A program made the position numbers and the translations under genes. Under the pieces are notes generated by a model, which was given only the letters and a program-made list of their open reading frames with translations, was not told where the DNA came from and did no database searches. Positions 9,357 to 20,132 of a stretch of DNA of 64,000 nt are shown here, piece after piece. Origin of the DNA: Microcoleus sp. (lineage in GTDB: Bacteria > Cyanobacteriota > Cyanobacteriia > Cyanobacteriales > Microcoleaceae); contig JAYFMW010000017.1 in NCBI GenBank assembly GCA_042408215.1, positions 224,001-288,000 on the forward strand, given 5' to 3'. Each line of letters begins with the position of its first letter. Position 1 is the first letter of the stretch.

Positions 9357-9507
9357 GGGGTTGAGGTCGATCGCCCTTTCCACATTTCCACTATAAACCG
9401 TTTTGTTTCGTCTTGTCAAGACGCGCTTAAGCATTTTGCATCGCAGCTAAAAACTCAGCTTAAAGGTGCTAAGATTTAGTCGAAGTTGTTAATCTCCCGT
9501 TATTTTT

Positions 9508-9702
9508 GTGACTAGAGCTAGTACCGCGATCGGAGTCAGCCCAATTATCAAAGATCTCGTGCAGAAAAAGGCGCTAGCAACCCGACTAACGCTGAAGGAA
9601 ATCATCTATGTCGGAATGCTGGCGATCGAGGAATTGGACGAAAAGCGCCTGCAAGAATTGGCTGACAAGGTGCATCAGATGCAAGTAAATGGCGAGATTT
9701 GA
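9508..9702 (+). CDS. Small protein (64 aa), possible ribbon-helix-helix regulator, copy 2
   Basis: Shares ALATRLT.KE..Y.GMLAI..LD...QELADKVH.MQVNG.I with copy 1. Confidence 0.7.
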   Translation: MTRASTAIGVSPIIKDLVQKKALATRLTLKEIIYVGMLAIEELDEKRLQELADKVHQMQVNGEI

Positions 9703-9749
9703 GGGGTTGAGGGCGATCGCACTTCTCAAAACTTCAAGAACTGGCGAGC

Positions 9750-10286
9750 TTAGCTTCTTGATTGCTTGTATGCTCTTAGCCAATTTAAACCGCGCTTAGC
9801 ACCTAGTTTTTTCTGCATATCTTCCAGAGAACTGTAAACACGATTATTGCGGATCAGCTTTGCGTATCCATCTTTAACTCCAGGGATTGAGGTAAGGTCA
9901 GATTTTGGATTGTTAATAAAATCCAAAAAATCTGTAACGTCTTGAGGCTCAACAACCCTTTCATTCAGCTTTGACTGCAAAACAGCTTGTTCAATAGCCT
10001 TTTCTGCTTCTGGTTGTTTAGCTGCAATGACAAACACCCACATCCTGACTAGATTGGCTGCTTTACCTGCTTCATAGATTGGTAAACCTGTTAACAAATG
10101 GTATTTATCTTCTTGATCGGTGAGACAAACAATAGGCAGAGACAGGTTAAATTTCCAATCTATTAGAGATTGGGAAACTTTTGTGAGGATTGAGCTTGAC
10201 GTGCCTGACTTTTCTTGAGCAACTTCTATCTGATTTAAGACTACAAGAGAAGGTTGGCTCTCAATTTTTTTGTAAAAGTTGACCAT
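9750..10286 (-). CDS. Putative ParB-like N-terminal domain plus C-terminal helix-hairpin-helix protein
   Basis: LPIVC...KYHLLTG...YEA.KAA resembles a ParB/Srx core; DLTSIPGVKDGYAKLIRNNRVYSSLEDM resembles ComEA-type HhH; starts 1 bp after the upstream stop. Confidence 0.6.
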   Translation of the reverse strand: MVNFYKKIESQPSLVVLNQIEVAQEKSGTSSSILTKVSQSLIDWKFNLSLPIVCLTDQEDKYHLLTGLPIYEAGKAANLVRMWVFVIAAKQPEAEKAIEQAVLQSKLNERVVEPQDVTDFLDFINNPKSDLTSIPGVKDGYAKLIRNNRVYSSLEDMQKKLGAKRGLNWLRAYKQSRS

Positions 10287-10287
10287 A

Positions 10288-11646
10288 TTACTTACTGCTA
10301 TTCCTTTCTAAGTGATCTATTTGGTTGACGATTTGTTTGGTCAAAGTTGAAAATTGTTTTGCTACACTACTCGCTGTTTTATTCTGCTCAGCAAATAAAG
10401 AAAGAGGTTGGCGAGCATGAGAAGCTTGACCAACAACGGTAGTTCGCTTTATCTCTGGAAGAAGAGGAATATCTTTAAATACCTTAGAAACTAAAGATTT
10501 TATAGTAGTGTGTAGATTGACATTTTCAACCATCATAGGAATTATTCCTAAGATATTTCCTCTCCTACCGTTGGTATCATCGTGAATCTCTTCTGCATTT
10601 TTTATGGGTCTCCTAATTGCATATACTGAGAAATACTCCATTTGCGAAGGTATAATAATATACTGAGCAGCAAGGAGACCGTTCTGACTAACAGCAGTCA
10701 AGCTAGGTGGCGTATCAATAATTACATAGTCATATTCTTTTGACAAACCCGTTTTTCTCAGGGCATTGTCGAGCTTTTTATTGCAATATAAACCCAAACT
10801 TAAGATACTACTATCGGTTGTTTGGTAGCTGCTTGGGAGAACATCTATTTTACCATTAGCCTGATTAGGGAGACTTAATATTTTGTTCAAAGCTGAAGGT
10901 TTAATATATTCATTAGGTTTAAATCCAGGTTGATCGTATTCTCTGAGAAAATTTATCAATTCTTTTCGTTCCTTCAAAGAATCTAATATTTGCACGAACT
11001 CTTTCAAATTTGTAGCATTATCTAACTCATCAGCTTTATTAACTCCCAAAGATAGACTAGCATTAGCTTGCTCATCCAAATCAACAACTAAAACTCTATT
11101 ACCTATTTTGGCTAATTCATAAGCGATATTAACGACTAACGTGGTTTTGCCAACTCCACCCTTAGCTGTGTAAATTGCAATTGTACGCATTTTAACTGTA
11201 TCCAAAAAATTTCTAACGAAATTTGCTACTGGTTGAACTTGCTCTGGGTTTTCTATATTGTGCTTACACTTTAGAGTCGCGGCTCCTTGTGTATATTCGT
11301 AAATCTCCACCGAAAATGGGTCAATCAGTATCCCAAATCTTGTATTAGAGTATTTCAGATACGTTTCTAACTGAATGCGAGCTTCCGCATCAAGTCTAGT
11401 TTTAGCTGTCTTAATTTCAACCAGAAAGTTAATATAGCGACTCAAGTCTTCTATTAAGAAATCAACTTCTTTTTGAGTCCAAACTATCCGATCGTTGGCA
11501 GTCAGCCTAGGTACTTTAACCTTAAACTCTGGAATCCAGTGAGAATAACTACTCTTGCGAGGCAAACCCGCCATCTCCAGCATTGTCTGAACCAGATGCA
11601 GAGACACATAAGCCTCATTATTCCAGTCAGAAGACAGTTGAACCAT
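10288..11646 (-). CDS. ParA/Soj-family ATPase with N-terminal PD-(D/E)XK (HsdR_N-like) nuclease domain
   Basis: VDFLI...LVEIK...QLETY in the first ~120 aa; KGGVGKTT Walker A, VDLDEQANAS and YVIIDTPPS. Confidence 0.85.
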   Translation of the reverse strand: MVQLSSDWNNEAYVSLHLVQTMLEMAGLPRKSSYSHWIPEFKVKVPRLTANDRIVWTQKEVDFLIEDLSRYINFLVEIKTAKTRLDAEARIQLETYLKYSNTRFGILIDPFSVEIYEYTQGAATLKCKHNIENPEQVQPVANFVRNFLDTVKMRTIAIYTAKGGVGKTTLVVNIAYELAKIGNRVLVVDLDEQANASLSLGVNKADELDNATNLKEFVQILDSLKERKELINFLREYDQPGFKPNEYIKPSALNKILSLPNQANGKIDVLPSSYQTTDSSILSLGLYCNKKLDNALRKTGLSKEYDYVIIDTPPSLTAVSQNGLLAAQYIIIPSQMEYFSVYAIRRPIKNAEEIHDDTNGRRGNILGIIPMMVENVNLHTTIKSLVSKVFKDIPLLPEIKRTTVVGQASHARQPLSLFAEQNKTASSVAKQFSTLTKQIVNQIDHLERNSSK

Positions 11647-11865
11647 GTTGAAAACTCAGGCTTTTCTCTATTATTACGCAAAAAGAGGTTTAAAGGATCG
11701 ATCGCACATTTATTCCTGCTTGACAGACTCAGCCAACCGTTTCGCATTCTCCCGCCGATGAACATTAATCGGACTGCATTTTCCTGATTCCTGATTCCTT
11801 ACATCCATTACATCCGTTACATCCGTTACAAAATCCGTTGCCGAACTTCCTTCTTCTATACGAAA

Positions 11866-11893
11866 AAATCCCCCGCCAGAAGGCAGGGGATTT
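11866..11893 (-). terminator. Rho-independent terminator of psaAB
   Basis: aaatcccc...ggggattt hairpin followed by a U-run on the minus strand. Confidence 0.7.
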
Positions 11894-11924
11894 CAATTAA
11901 TTACCTAGAAACCAGAGTTCAGAA

Positions 11925-14150
11925 TTACCCGAATTTCCCGGCCGTCGAAGCAATTACAAAGGCCGCGTAAGTGAGGACGTTGCCCACAGTAAAGTGAACT
12001 AAGCCAACCAAACGACCTTGGACGATAGAAAGAGCAACAGGCTTGTCCTTCCAGCGAACCAAGTTAGCCAAAGGAGTGCGCTCGTGAGCCCAAACCAAAG
12101 TCTCGATCAACTCTTGCCAGTAACCTCTCCAAGAGATCAGGAACATGAAACCAGTTGCCCAAACGAGGTGTCCGAATAAGAACATCCAGGCCCAGACAGA
12201 CAAGTTGTTAGTACCATACGGGTTGTAACCGTTGATCAACTGAGAAGAATACAGCCAGAGGTAATCGCGGAACCAGCCCATCAGGTAGGTAGAAGACTCA
12301 TTGAACTGAGCCACATTACCTTGCCAGATGCCTAGGTGCTTCCAGTGCCAGTAGAACGTTACCCAAGCTAGGGTGTTCAACATCCAGAATACAGACAGGT
12401 ACATCGCATCCCAAGCAGAGACGTCGCAAGTACCGCCACGGCCGGGGCCGTCGCAAGGGAAAGCATAACCGAAGTCTTTTTTGTCCGGCATCAGCTTAGA
12501 ACCGCGTGCATCCAGAGCGCCCTTGACCAAAATCAAGGTGGTGGTGTGCAAGCCTAGTGCGATCGCATGGTGAACCAAGAAATCGCCAGGTCCGATCGCC
12601 AAGAACAGAGAATTTGTACTACTGTTGATTCCTTCCAACCAGCCTGGGAGCCATGCGTTGCCGTAGTTTGGCCAAGCAGTCGCCGCAATGCTGTCAGGGT
12701 TAGAAAGTAGCACGTCCATGCCGTACAGAGCCTTCCCGTGAGCAGCTTGGATGAACTGTGCGAACACTGGTTCAATCAAGATTTGCTTTTCAGGAGTTCC
12801 GAAAGCGACTACGACGTCGTTATGAACGTACAGGCCCAGAGTGTGGAAGCCCAAGAACAGCGACACCCAGCTCAAGTGAGAGATAATCGCTTCTTTGTGC
12901 TGTAGCACGCGATCGAGCACGTTACCTTTGTTAGCTTCAGGATCGTAGTCCCGCACCAAGAAGATAGCTCCGTGGGCGAAAGCGCCGACCATGATGAATC
13001 CAGCAATGTACTGGTGGTGCGTGTACAACGCAGCCATCGTTGTGTGATCCTGCGCCATGAAAGCGTAGGGAGGCATCGAGTACATATGCTGTGCAACCAA
13101 GGATGTGATGACACCCAAAGCAGCCAAGTGCCAGCCCAATTGGAAGTGCAGCGAGTTGTTGTAGGTCTCGTAAATGCCTTGGTGAGGCATATTGAAGGGG
13201 CCTTCAACTTTCTTACCAAAGAAGTCTTTGGAATCGCACATTTCTTTGATGCTGTGACCGATACCGAAGTTAGTCCGGTACATATGACCGGCAACGATAA
13301 ACAGCACTGCGATCGCCAAGTGGTGATGAGCAATGTCAGTCAACCACAGGGATTCTGTTTGGGGGTGGAAGCCGCCCAAGAAAGTCAGAATTGCTGTTCC
13401 AGCGCCTTGGGAGGTCCCGAATACGTGGCTAGCAGCATCTGGGTTTTCGGCGTATACGCCCCAGTTACCAGTGAAGAACGGAGCCAAACCAGCCGGGTGA
13501 GGAGGGGTAGACAGGAAGTTGTCCCAACCTACGTGCTGTCCGCGAGATTCGGGGATAGCAACGTGAACCATGTGACCAGTCCAAGCCAAAGAGCTGACAC
13601 CGAACAAACCAGCCAAGTGGTGGTTGAGGCGAGATTCAGCATTTTTGAACCAAGACAAGCTGGGGCGGTACTTAGGCTGGAGGTGCAACCAACCAGCGAA
13701 CAGGAAGACAGAAGCCAGCAGTAAAAGGAAGATAGCTCCCTGATACAGGTCAGCGTTCGTCCGAATTCCTTGAGTAAACCACCAGTGGTAAACACCGGAA
13801 TAGGAGATGTCCACCGGATTGGAAGCGCCAGCTTGAGTGAAAGCCTCTACTGCTGGAGCGCCGAATTGCGGGTCCCAAATCGCGTGAGCGATCGGGCGGA
13901 CATTTAGAGGGTCTTTAATCCACTGTTCAAAGTTACCTTGCCATGCTACGTGGAACAGGCTGCCCGAAGTCCACAAGAAAATGATTGCTAGGTGGCCGAA
14001 GTGAGAAGCAAAAATCTTTTGGTAAAGATTTTCTTCGGTCATGCCATCGTGGCTTTCAAAGTCGTGTGCTGTGGCAATCCCGTACCAGATCCGCCGTGTG
14101 GTCGGGTCTTGGGCAAGGTCTTGGCTAAATTTTGGAAATTTCGTTGCCAT
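11925..14150 (-). CDS. psaB: Photosystem I P700 apoprotein A2
   Basis: [22 protein letters not shown] start and [13 protein letters not shown]. Confidence 0.99.
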   Translation of the reverse strand: MATKFPKFSQDLAQDPTTRRIWYGIATAHDFESHDGMTEENLYQKIFASHFGHLAIIFLWTSGSLFHVAWQGNFEQWIKDPLNVRPIAHAIWDPQFGAPAVEAFTQAGASNPVDISYSGVYHWWFTQGIRTNADLYQGAIFLLLLASVFLFAGWLHLQPKYRPSLSWFKNAESRLNHHLAGLFGVSSLAWTGHMVHVAIPESRGQHVGWDNFLSTPPHPAGLAPFFTGNWGVYAENPDAASHVFGTSQGAGTAILTFLGGFHPQTESLWLTDIAHHHLAIAVLFIVAGHMYRTNFGIGHSIKEMCDSKDFFGKKVEGPFNMPHQGIYETYNNSLHFQLGWHLAALGVITSLVAQHMYSMPPYAFMAQDHTTMAALYTHHQYIAGFIMVGAFAHGAIFLVRDYDPEANKGNVLDRVLQHKEAIISHLSWVSLFLGFHTLGLYVHNDVVVAFGTPEKQILIEPVFAQFIQAAHGKALYGMDVLLSNPDSIAATAWPNYGNAWLPGWLEGINSSTNSLFLAIGPGDFLVHHAIALGLHTTTLILVKGALDARGSKLMPDKKDFGYAFPCDGPGRGGTCDVSAWDAMYLSVFWMLNTLAWVTFYWHWKHLGIWQGNVAQFNESSTYLMGWFRDYLWLYSSQLINGYNPYGTNNLSVWAWMFLFGHLVWATGFMFLISWRGYWQELIETLVWAHERTPLANLVRWKDKPVALSIVQGRLVGLVHFTVGNVLTYAAFVIASTAGKFG

Positions 14151-14260
14151 AAGCCTTGATTAATCCTGAATCCTGAACAAAGTTGAAGGGATTCGGTTCG
14201 GAGTTTGGATTCGGGATTTGAGATTCCTCCCAAGTCCTGAATCCAAAACCTAGGGGTAGT

Positions 14261-16555
14261 TTACCCTACCGAAATGATTCGCGCTAGGAAGAATGCCCAC
14301 GTAGTGACAATTCCGCCCAACAGGTAGTGAGCTACACCCACAGCCCGACCCTGAATAATACTCAGAGCGCGAGGCTGAATCGAGGGAGCTACCTTGAGCT
14401 TATTGTGAGCCCAAACAATGGACTCAATCAGTTCTTGCCAGTAGCCACGGCCGCTGAACAGGAACATCAAGCTGAAGGCGAAGACGAAATGTCCAGCTAG
14501 GAACATCAGACCGTAGGCCGACAGTGCCGAACCGTAGGATTGAATTACCTGAGAAGCTTGCGCCCACAGGAAGTCCCGCAGCCAGCCGTTGATCGTGATC
14601 GCACTTTGTGCGAAATTACCACCGGTGATGTGAGAAATTGTGCCATCTGAATCGACGCTTCCCCACACGTCCGACTGCATTTTCCAGCTAAAGTGGAAAA
14701 TCACGATCGAGATGCAGTTGTACATCCAGAACAAGCCCAAGAAGACGTGATCCCAACCGGAAACTTGGCAGGTGCCGCCACGGCCAGGGCCGTCGCAAGG
14801 GAACCGGAAGCCCAAGTTGCCTTTGTCAGGAACCAAGCGAGAACTGCGTGCGAACAACACGCCCTTCAAGAGAATCAGGACTGTAACGTGAATTGTGAAA
14901 GCGTGGATGTGGTGGATCATAAAGTCCGCCGTACCCAACTCGATCGGCATCATTGCTACTTTGCCGCCCACTACTACAGCACCGCCGCCAAAAGCGTGAC
15001 TGACGATTTCCATAGCATTGGGAGCTGTGTTACCCGGAGCCAATGCGTGAATATTTTGCACCCATTGGGCAAATACTGGCCGCAATTGAATCCCGGTATC
15101 CGAGAACAAATCTTGGGGACGACCGAAAGCGCGCATCGTGTCGTTGTGAACGTACAAACCGAAGCTGTGGAAGCCCAAGAATATACAAACCCAGTTAAGG
15201 TGAGAGATGATTGCATCTCTGTGGCGGAGTACGCGGTCGAGCAAGTTATTAACGTGCTGGGCCGGATCGTAATCCCGCACCATGAAGATTGCTGCGTGAG
15301 CGGCTGCTCCAACAATCAGGAATCCGCCAATCCACATGTGGTGGGTGAACAGGGATAGCTGAGTCGGGTAGTCGGTCGCGATGTACGGATACGGAGGCAT
15401 CGCGTACATATGGTGAGCCACGATGATGCTGATCGAGCCCATCCAGGCCAAGTTCCACGACAGTTGAGCGTGCCAAGACTGCGTGAAGATTTCGTACATC
15501 CCCTTGTGGCCTTCGCCAGTGAAGGGACCTTTGTGAGCTTCCAGAACTTCTTTAAAGCTGTGGCCGATGCCCCAGTTAGTACGGTAGAAGTGACCGGCGA
15601 CGATGAACAGCACTGCCAACGCTAAGTGGTGGTGCGCTGTATCGCTCAGCCACAGACCGCCTGTGGTGGGGTTCAGACCGCCTTTGAAGGTCAGGAAGTC
15701 GGTGTAGGCGCCCCAGTTGAGGGTGAAGAAGGGCGTTAGACCTTGAGCGAAGCTAGGGTAGATGTCAGCCATCAAGCCCGGGTTCAAAAGCCACTCATGT
15801 GGCAGCGGGATATCGGCAACTGTTCTAATCAGCTTGCCACCTACTGTCAACGGTGAGCCTGCATCGATCGCGTCCATGCAAGCGTTGATCGGGAGAGCAA
15901 CGTGAATTTGTTGTCCTGCGAAACCCAAGCAGCCACAGCCAAGCAAACCTGCCAAGTGGTGGTTCATCATCGATTCCACGTTCTGGAACCATTCCAGTTT
16001 CGGAGCGCGGACGTGATAGTGGAACCAACCGGCAAACAGCATCAAAGCTGCCATTACCAATGCGCCGATCGCAGTGCAATATAGCTGGTATGAGTTAGTG
16101 ATGCCGTTGGCGCGCCACAGTTGGAACAGACCAGAAGTGATCTGAATACCGTGGAACCCGCCGCCTACATCTGCATTTAAAATTTCTTGACCAAAAATCG
16201 GCCAGACCACTTGAGCACTAGGCTTGATGGCTGTAGGATTTGTCAGCCAAGCTTCGTAATTGGAAAACTTAGCGCCGTGGAAATATGCGCCGCTTAACCA
16301 GACGAAGATTACCGCCAAATGGCCGAAGTGAGCGCTAAAGATTTTGCGCGAAACGTCTTCTAAGTCACTGGTATGACTGTCGAAGTCGTGAGCGTTAGCG
16401 TGGAGGTTCCAAATCCAAGTGGTTGTTTTTGGCCCCTTAGCTAGAGAGCGATCGAAATGTCCTGGTTTTGACCACTTCTCGAAGGAGGTTGGAACCGGAT
16501 CTTTATCGACTACTACTCTAACTTTTACCTCTCGCTCTGGAGGACTAATGGTCAT
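14261..16555 (-). CDS. psaA: Photosystem I P700 apoprotein A1
   Basis: MTISPPERE start at 16555 with a [26 protein letters not shown]. Confidence 0.99.
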   Translation of the reverse strand: MTISPPEREVKVRVVVDKDPVPTSFEKWSKPGHFDRSLAKGPKTTTWIWNLHANAHDFDSHTSDLEDVSRKIFSAHFGHLAVIFVWLSGAYFHGAKFSNYEAWLTNPTAIKPSAQVVWPIFGQEILNADVGGGFHGIQITSGLFQLWRANGITNSYQLYCTAIGALVMAALMLFAGWFHYHVRAPKLEWFQNVESMMNHHLAGLLGCGCLGFAGQQIHVALPINACMDAIDAGSPLTVGGKLIRTVADIPLPHEWLLNPGLMADIYPSFAQGLTPFFTLNWGAYTDFLTFKGGLNPTTGGLWLSDTAHHHLALAVLFIVAGHFYRTNWGIGHSFKEVLEAHKGPFTGEGHKGMYEIFTQSWHAQLSWNLAWMGSISIIVAHHMYAMPPYPYIATDYPTQLSLFTHHMWIGGFLIVGAAAHAAIFMVRDYDPAQHVNNLLDRVLRHRDAIISHLNWVCIFLGFHSFGLYVHNDTMRAFGRPQDLFSDTGIQLRPVFAQWVQNIHALAPGNTAPNAMEIVSHAFGGGAVVVGGKVAMMPIELGTADFMIHHIHAFTIHVTVLILLKGVLFARSSRLVPDKGNLGFRFPCDGPGRGGTCQVSGWDHVFLGLFWMYNCISIVIFHFSWKMQSDVWGSVDSDGTISHITGGNFAQSAITINGWLRDFLWAQASQVIQSYGSALSAYGLMFLAGHFVFAFSLMFLFSGRGYWQELIESIVWAHNKLKVAPSIQPRALSIIQGRAVGVAHYLLGGIVTTWAFFLARIISVG

Positions 16556-16835
16556 GAAGACTCTCCTCTCGATAAGACAAGGAACGAGAACTGATAATGT
16601 TCGTGACACTCCCCGGGCTTTTGGTACGGGGATTCTCGGTTCACCGACACAGCTTGCATTTAACTCTTTGCAGAATCAGACACAGTTGCTGTATCTCCCC
16701 AAGCGTTTTGCTTCTTGTCAGAAGCCAGTTTCCCAGTGTCGCTGGGTACTGTCCACGGCTCTCGCCATTTGCGAGCTGTCGATCGCATCCTTTTTTTGGG
16801 GAGCTTTCGCTACTCTTGGAGAGGCAGTTTTATGG

Positions 16836-16884
16836 ATTATAAACTTGCTAGGGCAGTATAAATCACTTGTTAACAATACTTAAA
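16836..16884 (-). promoter_or_regulatory. Candidate psaAB promoter: TATAAT -10 at 16836-16841 with an AT-rich upstream element
   Basis: + strand attata; upstream ttaagtattgttaac; would imply a 5' UTR of ~270 nt. Confidence 0.4.
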
Positions 16885-17178
16885 AAAGCGGAACTTCCTG
16901 ATGTATGAATGACTTGGTGTCTCATAGTCCATCGCAAAAGTCAAGGGGTATTGCCATTAAATTTACAAAACTCAAAGATCAGGTATGGAGGAATGGTGAT
17001 TTATATAGAGATGTTTCCCATAGACCAAGGAGGGAGTTATGCATAGGATCGAATTGGTGGTCGGCGATTCAGCACTCCGGGGGTCTGACCCTCCCAAATT
17101 CTCCATCGGCAATTCCTAATTAATAATTCAGTTTTGGGCTATAGTGCCCTAGGAGAAAGCTTGTAGGAGTATAGTTGC

Positions 17179-18894
17179 GTGATTGGCATCAATTGGCTCA
17201 GGACGGCTGCGCGACGGCTGCTGACAGTGTTCGCAGCGGCAGTATTGGTTTTAGGTTTAGCAGGTTGTGGCTCAGGTAATCCTGAATTCTCCAAATCTAG
17301 CAACAAGAGCGCGGAGGCTCCCACCCAGGTAAAAAGAATCTCAGAGGTTTCTCCCCCAGAAGCCATTCAACAACTGCGTCAGACTCTGGAAATCTACCAG
17401 CCTCAAGTTAGTATTTTGGAGCCAAAACCTGACGAAGTGCTTCAGGATACAGATATATCAGTACGGCTCCAAGTTAAAGACTTGCCGATTTTCAAAGATA
17501 CCAACTTGGATTTAGGCCCGCACCTTCAGGTCTTTTTAGACAACCAACCTCACAAAGCAGTTTACGACACCAGCGAGCCTTTAGAGCTCTCTGACTTAGA
17601 ACCCGGAACCCACACCCTGCGAGTTTTTGCTTCGCGCCCTTGGGAAGAAAGCTTTAAAAACGATGGTGCTTACGCCCAAACCACCTTTCACATTTTTACC
17701 AAAACTCAAGACAACAATCCCGATCGAACTTTACCCCAGCTCACCTACAATCAGCCCCAAGACACCTACGGGGCCGAACCCATCATGCTGGACTTTTACT
17801 TGACAAATGCTCCCCTGCATCTAGCCGCTCAAGAAAACTCCCAAGATGAAATACTCGATTGGAAAATTCGAGCCACAGTCAACGGCCAAAGTTTTGCGAT
17901 CGACCAATGGCAACCTATATATCTTAAAGGATTCAAACCAGGGAAAAACTGGGTACAGCTAGAATTGATCGACGAACGGGGAAATTTAGTCAAAAACGCC
18001 TTTAATAATACAGTCAGACTGATAAATTACCAACCCCTTGGCGAAGATACCCTTTCTAAATTAGTGCGGGGCGAACTAACAGCAGCAGAATCTCGCGGTA
18101 TAGTCGATCGCACCTACGAAGCACCCAAGCCAAAACCAACACCAACCCCCGAACCAAAACCGACACCAGCACTAGAAACACCAAAAGTCAAACCCTCTCC
18201 TGCGGTTCCAGAAACTCCAGTTACTAAACCCAGTCAAGAGCGAAAAGTTGCTCCTGAAGTCAAGACGATTAAAGTAACCGAACCCAAACCAACAGCCAGC
18301 CCAGAACAAGAAACCCCGAAAATTGTTGAGGAAATTCAAGTAACCGAACCCAAACCAACAGCCACCCCAGAACAAGAAACACCAAAAATTGTTGAGGAAA
18401 TTCAAGTAACCGAACCCAAACCAACAGCCACCCCAGAACAAGAAACACCAAAAATTGTTGAGGAAATTCAAGTAACCGAACCCAAACCAACAGCCACCCC
18501 AGAACAAGAAACACCAAAAATTGTTGAGGAAATTCAAGTAACCGAACCCAAACCAACAGAAACACCAGAACCAGAAACCCCGAAAGTTGTTGAGGAAATT
18601 CAAGTAACCGAACCCAAACCAACAGCAACACCAGCCACCCCGAAAGTTGTTGAACAGATTAAAATAAGCGAACCAAAACCACCAGCAATTTTACAAACAG
18701 TCAAACAAAAAACAGGCGAACTTCTGAATCGATTCCGTAGCTCGATCGATCGACTTAAAGAACCGAAAACGCCCTCTCCCAAATTGCAGCCAACACCAGC
18801 AGAAACAACAGACAAAAACCCAGTAAAATCTGAAACTCCCAGCAAACAAACCACAGAATTAACCGTCCCAGAAACTACCATTTCCGCACCATAA
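17179..18894 (+). CDS. Putative lipoprotein with a conserved N-terminal domain and a Pro/Thr/Glu-rich repeat stalk
   Basis: LAGC lipobox; LGPHLQVFLDN...PGTHTLRVFASRPWEESFKN core; 22-aa repeats. Confidence 0.8.
   Translation: MIGINWLRTAARRLLTVFAAAVLVLGLAGCGSGNPEFSKSSNKSAEAPTQVKRISEVSPPEAIQQLRQTLEIYQPQVSILEPKPDEVLQDTDISVRLQVKDLPIFKDTNLDLGPHLQVFLDNQPHKAVYDTSEPLELSDLEPGTHTLRVFASRPWEESFKNDGAYAQTTFHIFTKTQDNNPDRTLPQLTYNQPQDTYGAEPIMLDFYLTNAPLHLAAQENSQDEILDWKIRATVNGQSFAIDQWQPIYLKGFKPGKNWVQLELIDERGNLVKNAFNNTVRLINYQPLGEDTLSKLVRGELTAAESRGIVDRTYEAPKPKPTPTPEPKPTPALETPKVKPSPAVPETPVTKPSQERKVAPEVKTIKVTEPKPTASPEQETPKIVEEIQVTEPKPTATPEQETPKIVEEIQVTEPKPTATPEQETPKIVEEIQVTEPKPTATPEQETPKIVEEIQVTEPKPTETPEPETPKVVEEIQVTEPKPTATPATPKVVEQIKISEPKPPAILQTVKQKTGELLNRFRSSIDRLKEPKTPSPKLQPTPAETTDKNPVKSETPSKQTTELTVPETTISAP
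18272..18655 (+). repeat. 66-bp coding tandem repeat, ~6 copies
   Basis: aagtaaccgaacccaaaccaacag recurs at 18272, 18338, 18404, 18470, 18536 and 18602. Confidence 0.95.
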
Positions 18895-19022
18895 AATCAG
18901 CCAAAATCCGAACATAAAGTCGAAATTACCACCTAACAAAAACTTTCTCCATTGATTCGTGGCATGGGCGTCCCGCCCGTGTTACATCTCCGGTAAAAAA
19001 ACAAAAATCAGGACTCTCAAAA

Positions 19023-19991
19023 ATGACCTACCTCGAAACAGCAGCCAAATTCTACAGCGAATTAGCAGAAAGTCCCCAAATCGGACTTTGCTGCGTCCAA
19101 AGCAGTCCCCTGCAAATGCCAGGATTAAACATTCCCCAGCAGATGCAAGAGATGAATTACGGCTGCGGTACAACCGTCCACGCCGCCGAACTCGTAGGCA
19201 ATCCAGTAGTGCTGTATGTAGGCGTTGGTGGCGGTTTGGAAGCACTGCAATTTGCCTATTTCTCCCGCAAAAAAGGAGCAGTTATTGCCGTCGATCCAGT
19301 TTCAGCAATGCGAGACGCAGCGGCACGAAATTTGCAAATTGCCGCCCAAGAAAATGATTGGTTTGATGCTAATTTTGTGGAAATTAGAGAAGGCGATGCT
19401 TTTGCGTTGCCGGTGCCTGACGCTTCTGTCGATGTGGTAGCCCAAAACTGTTTATTTAACATCTTTGAACCTGCGGATTTAACTAAGGCATTAACAGAAA
19501 CCTATCGAGTGTTAAAACCAGGTGGTAGATTATTAATGAGCGATCCGATCGCAACTCGGACAATTCCCCAACATTTGAAGCAAGACGAACGCTTGCGCGC
19601 GTTGTGTTTGTCCGGTGCTCTGACATACGCAGAATACGTTCAGCACCTTGTAGACGTAGGTTTTGGCCAAGTGGAAGTTCGGGCGAGAAGGCCCTATCGG
19701 CTGCTGGACAAACACAATTATCAATTGGAGGCGGATTTGCTGCTAGAAAGCCTTGATTCGGTGTCTTTCAAAGTGGATGTCCCCGATGATGGAGCTTGCA
19801 TTTTCACTGGCAAGACGGCGATTTATACGGGGTCTGAGGAGCTATTTGATGACGGGGCTGGTCACGTTTTGCAGCGGGGCGTGCCGGCGGCGGTCTGCGA
19901 TAAAACTGCTGAGAAGTTGGGGGGATTAATGCCGGATCAGGTGTTGATTACTGATTCGACTTGGCATTATCACGGCGGCGGTTGTTGTTAG
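19023..19991 (+). CDS. arsM: Arsenite S-adenosylmethionine methyltransferase, cyanobacterial arsenosugar type
   Basis: MTYLETAA...GLCC, NYGCG, VGVGGG SAM motif, QNCLFNI and C-terminal GGGCC. Confidence 0.85.
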   Translation: MTYLETAAKFYSELAESPQIGLCCVQSSPLQMPGLNIPQQMQEMNYGCGTTVHAAELVGNPVVLYVGVGGGLEALQFAYFSRKKGAVIAVDPVSAMRDAAARNLQIAAQENDWFDANFVEIREGDAFALPVPDASVDVVAQNCLFNIFEPADLTKALTETYRVLKPGGRLLMSDPIATRTIPQHLKQDERLRALCLSGALTYAEYVQHLVDVGFGQVEVRARRPYRLLDKHNYQLEADLLLESLDSVSFKVDVPDDGACIFTGKTAIYTGSEELFDDGAGHVLQRGVPAAVCDKTAEKLGGLMPDQVLITDSTWHYHGGGCC

Positions 19992-20132
19992 ATTTATTTC
20001 GGAATAATGTGGCTGTAATCTTTTGGGAATAGAGCGTTTCTCAAAGAAGTGAGGTGTGGGCGCTTCCTATGCCCTCTTTGCACCTCATGTTAGTGAGTCA
20101 TGGTATAGAGGTCTCTAATTTTAGACTTCGCC

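Noticed and set aside
12554..16084. Several ORFs overlapping psaA/psaB, including antisense ones of 221-250 aa
   Set aside because: Antisense or alternate-frame shadows of highly biased genes
18272..18655. Regular repeats as a possible CRISPR array
   Set aside because: No unique spacers; the units are in-frame coding repeats
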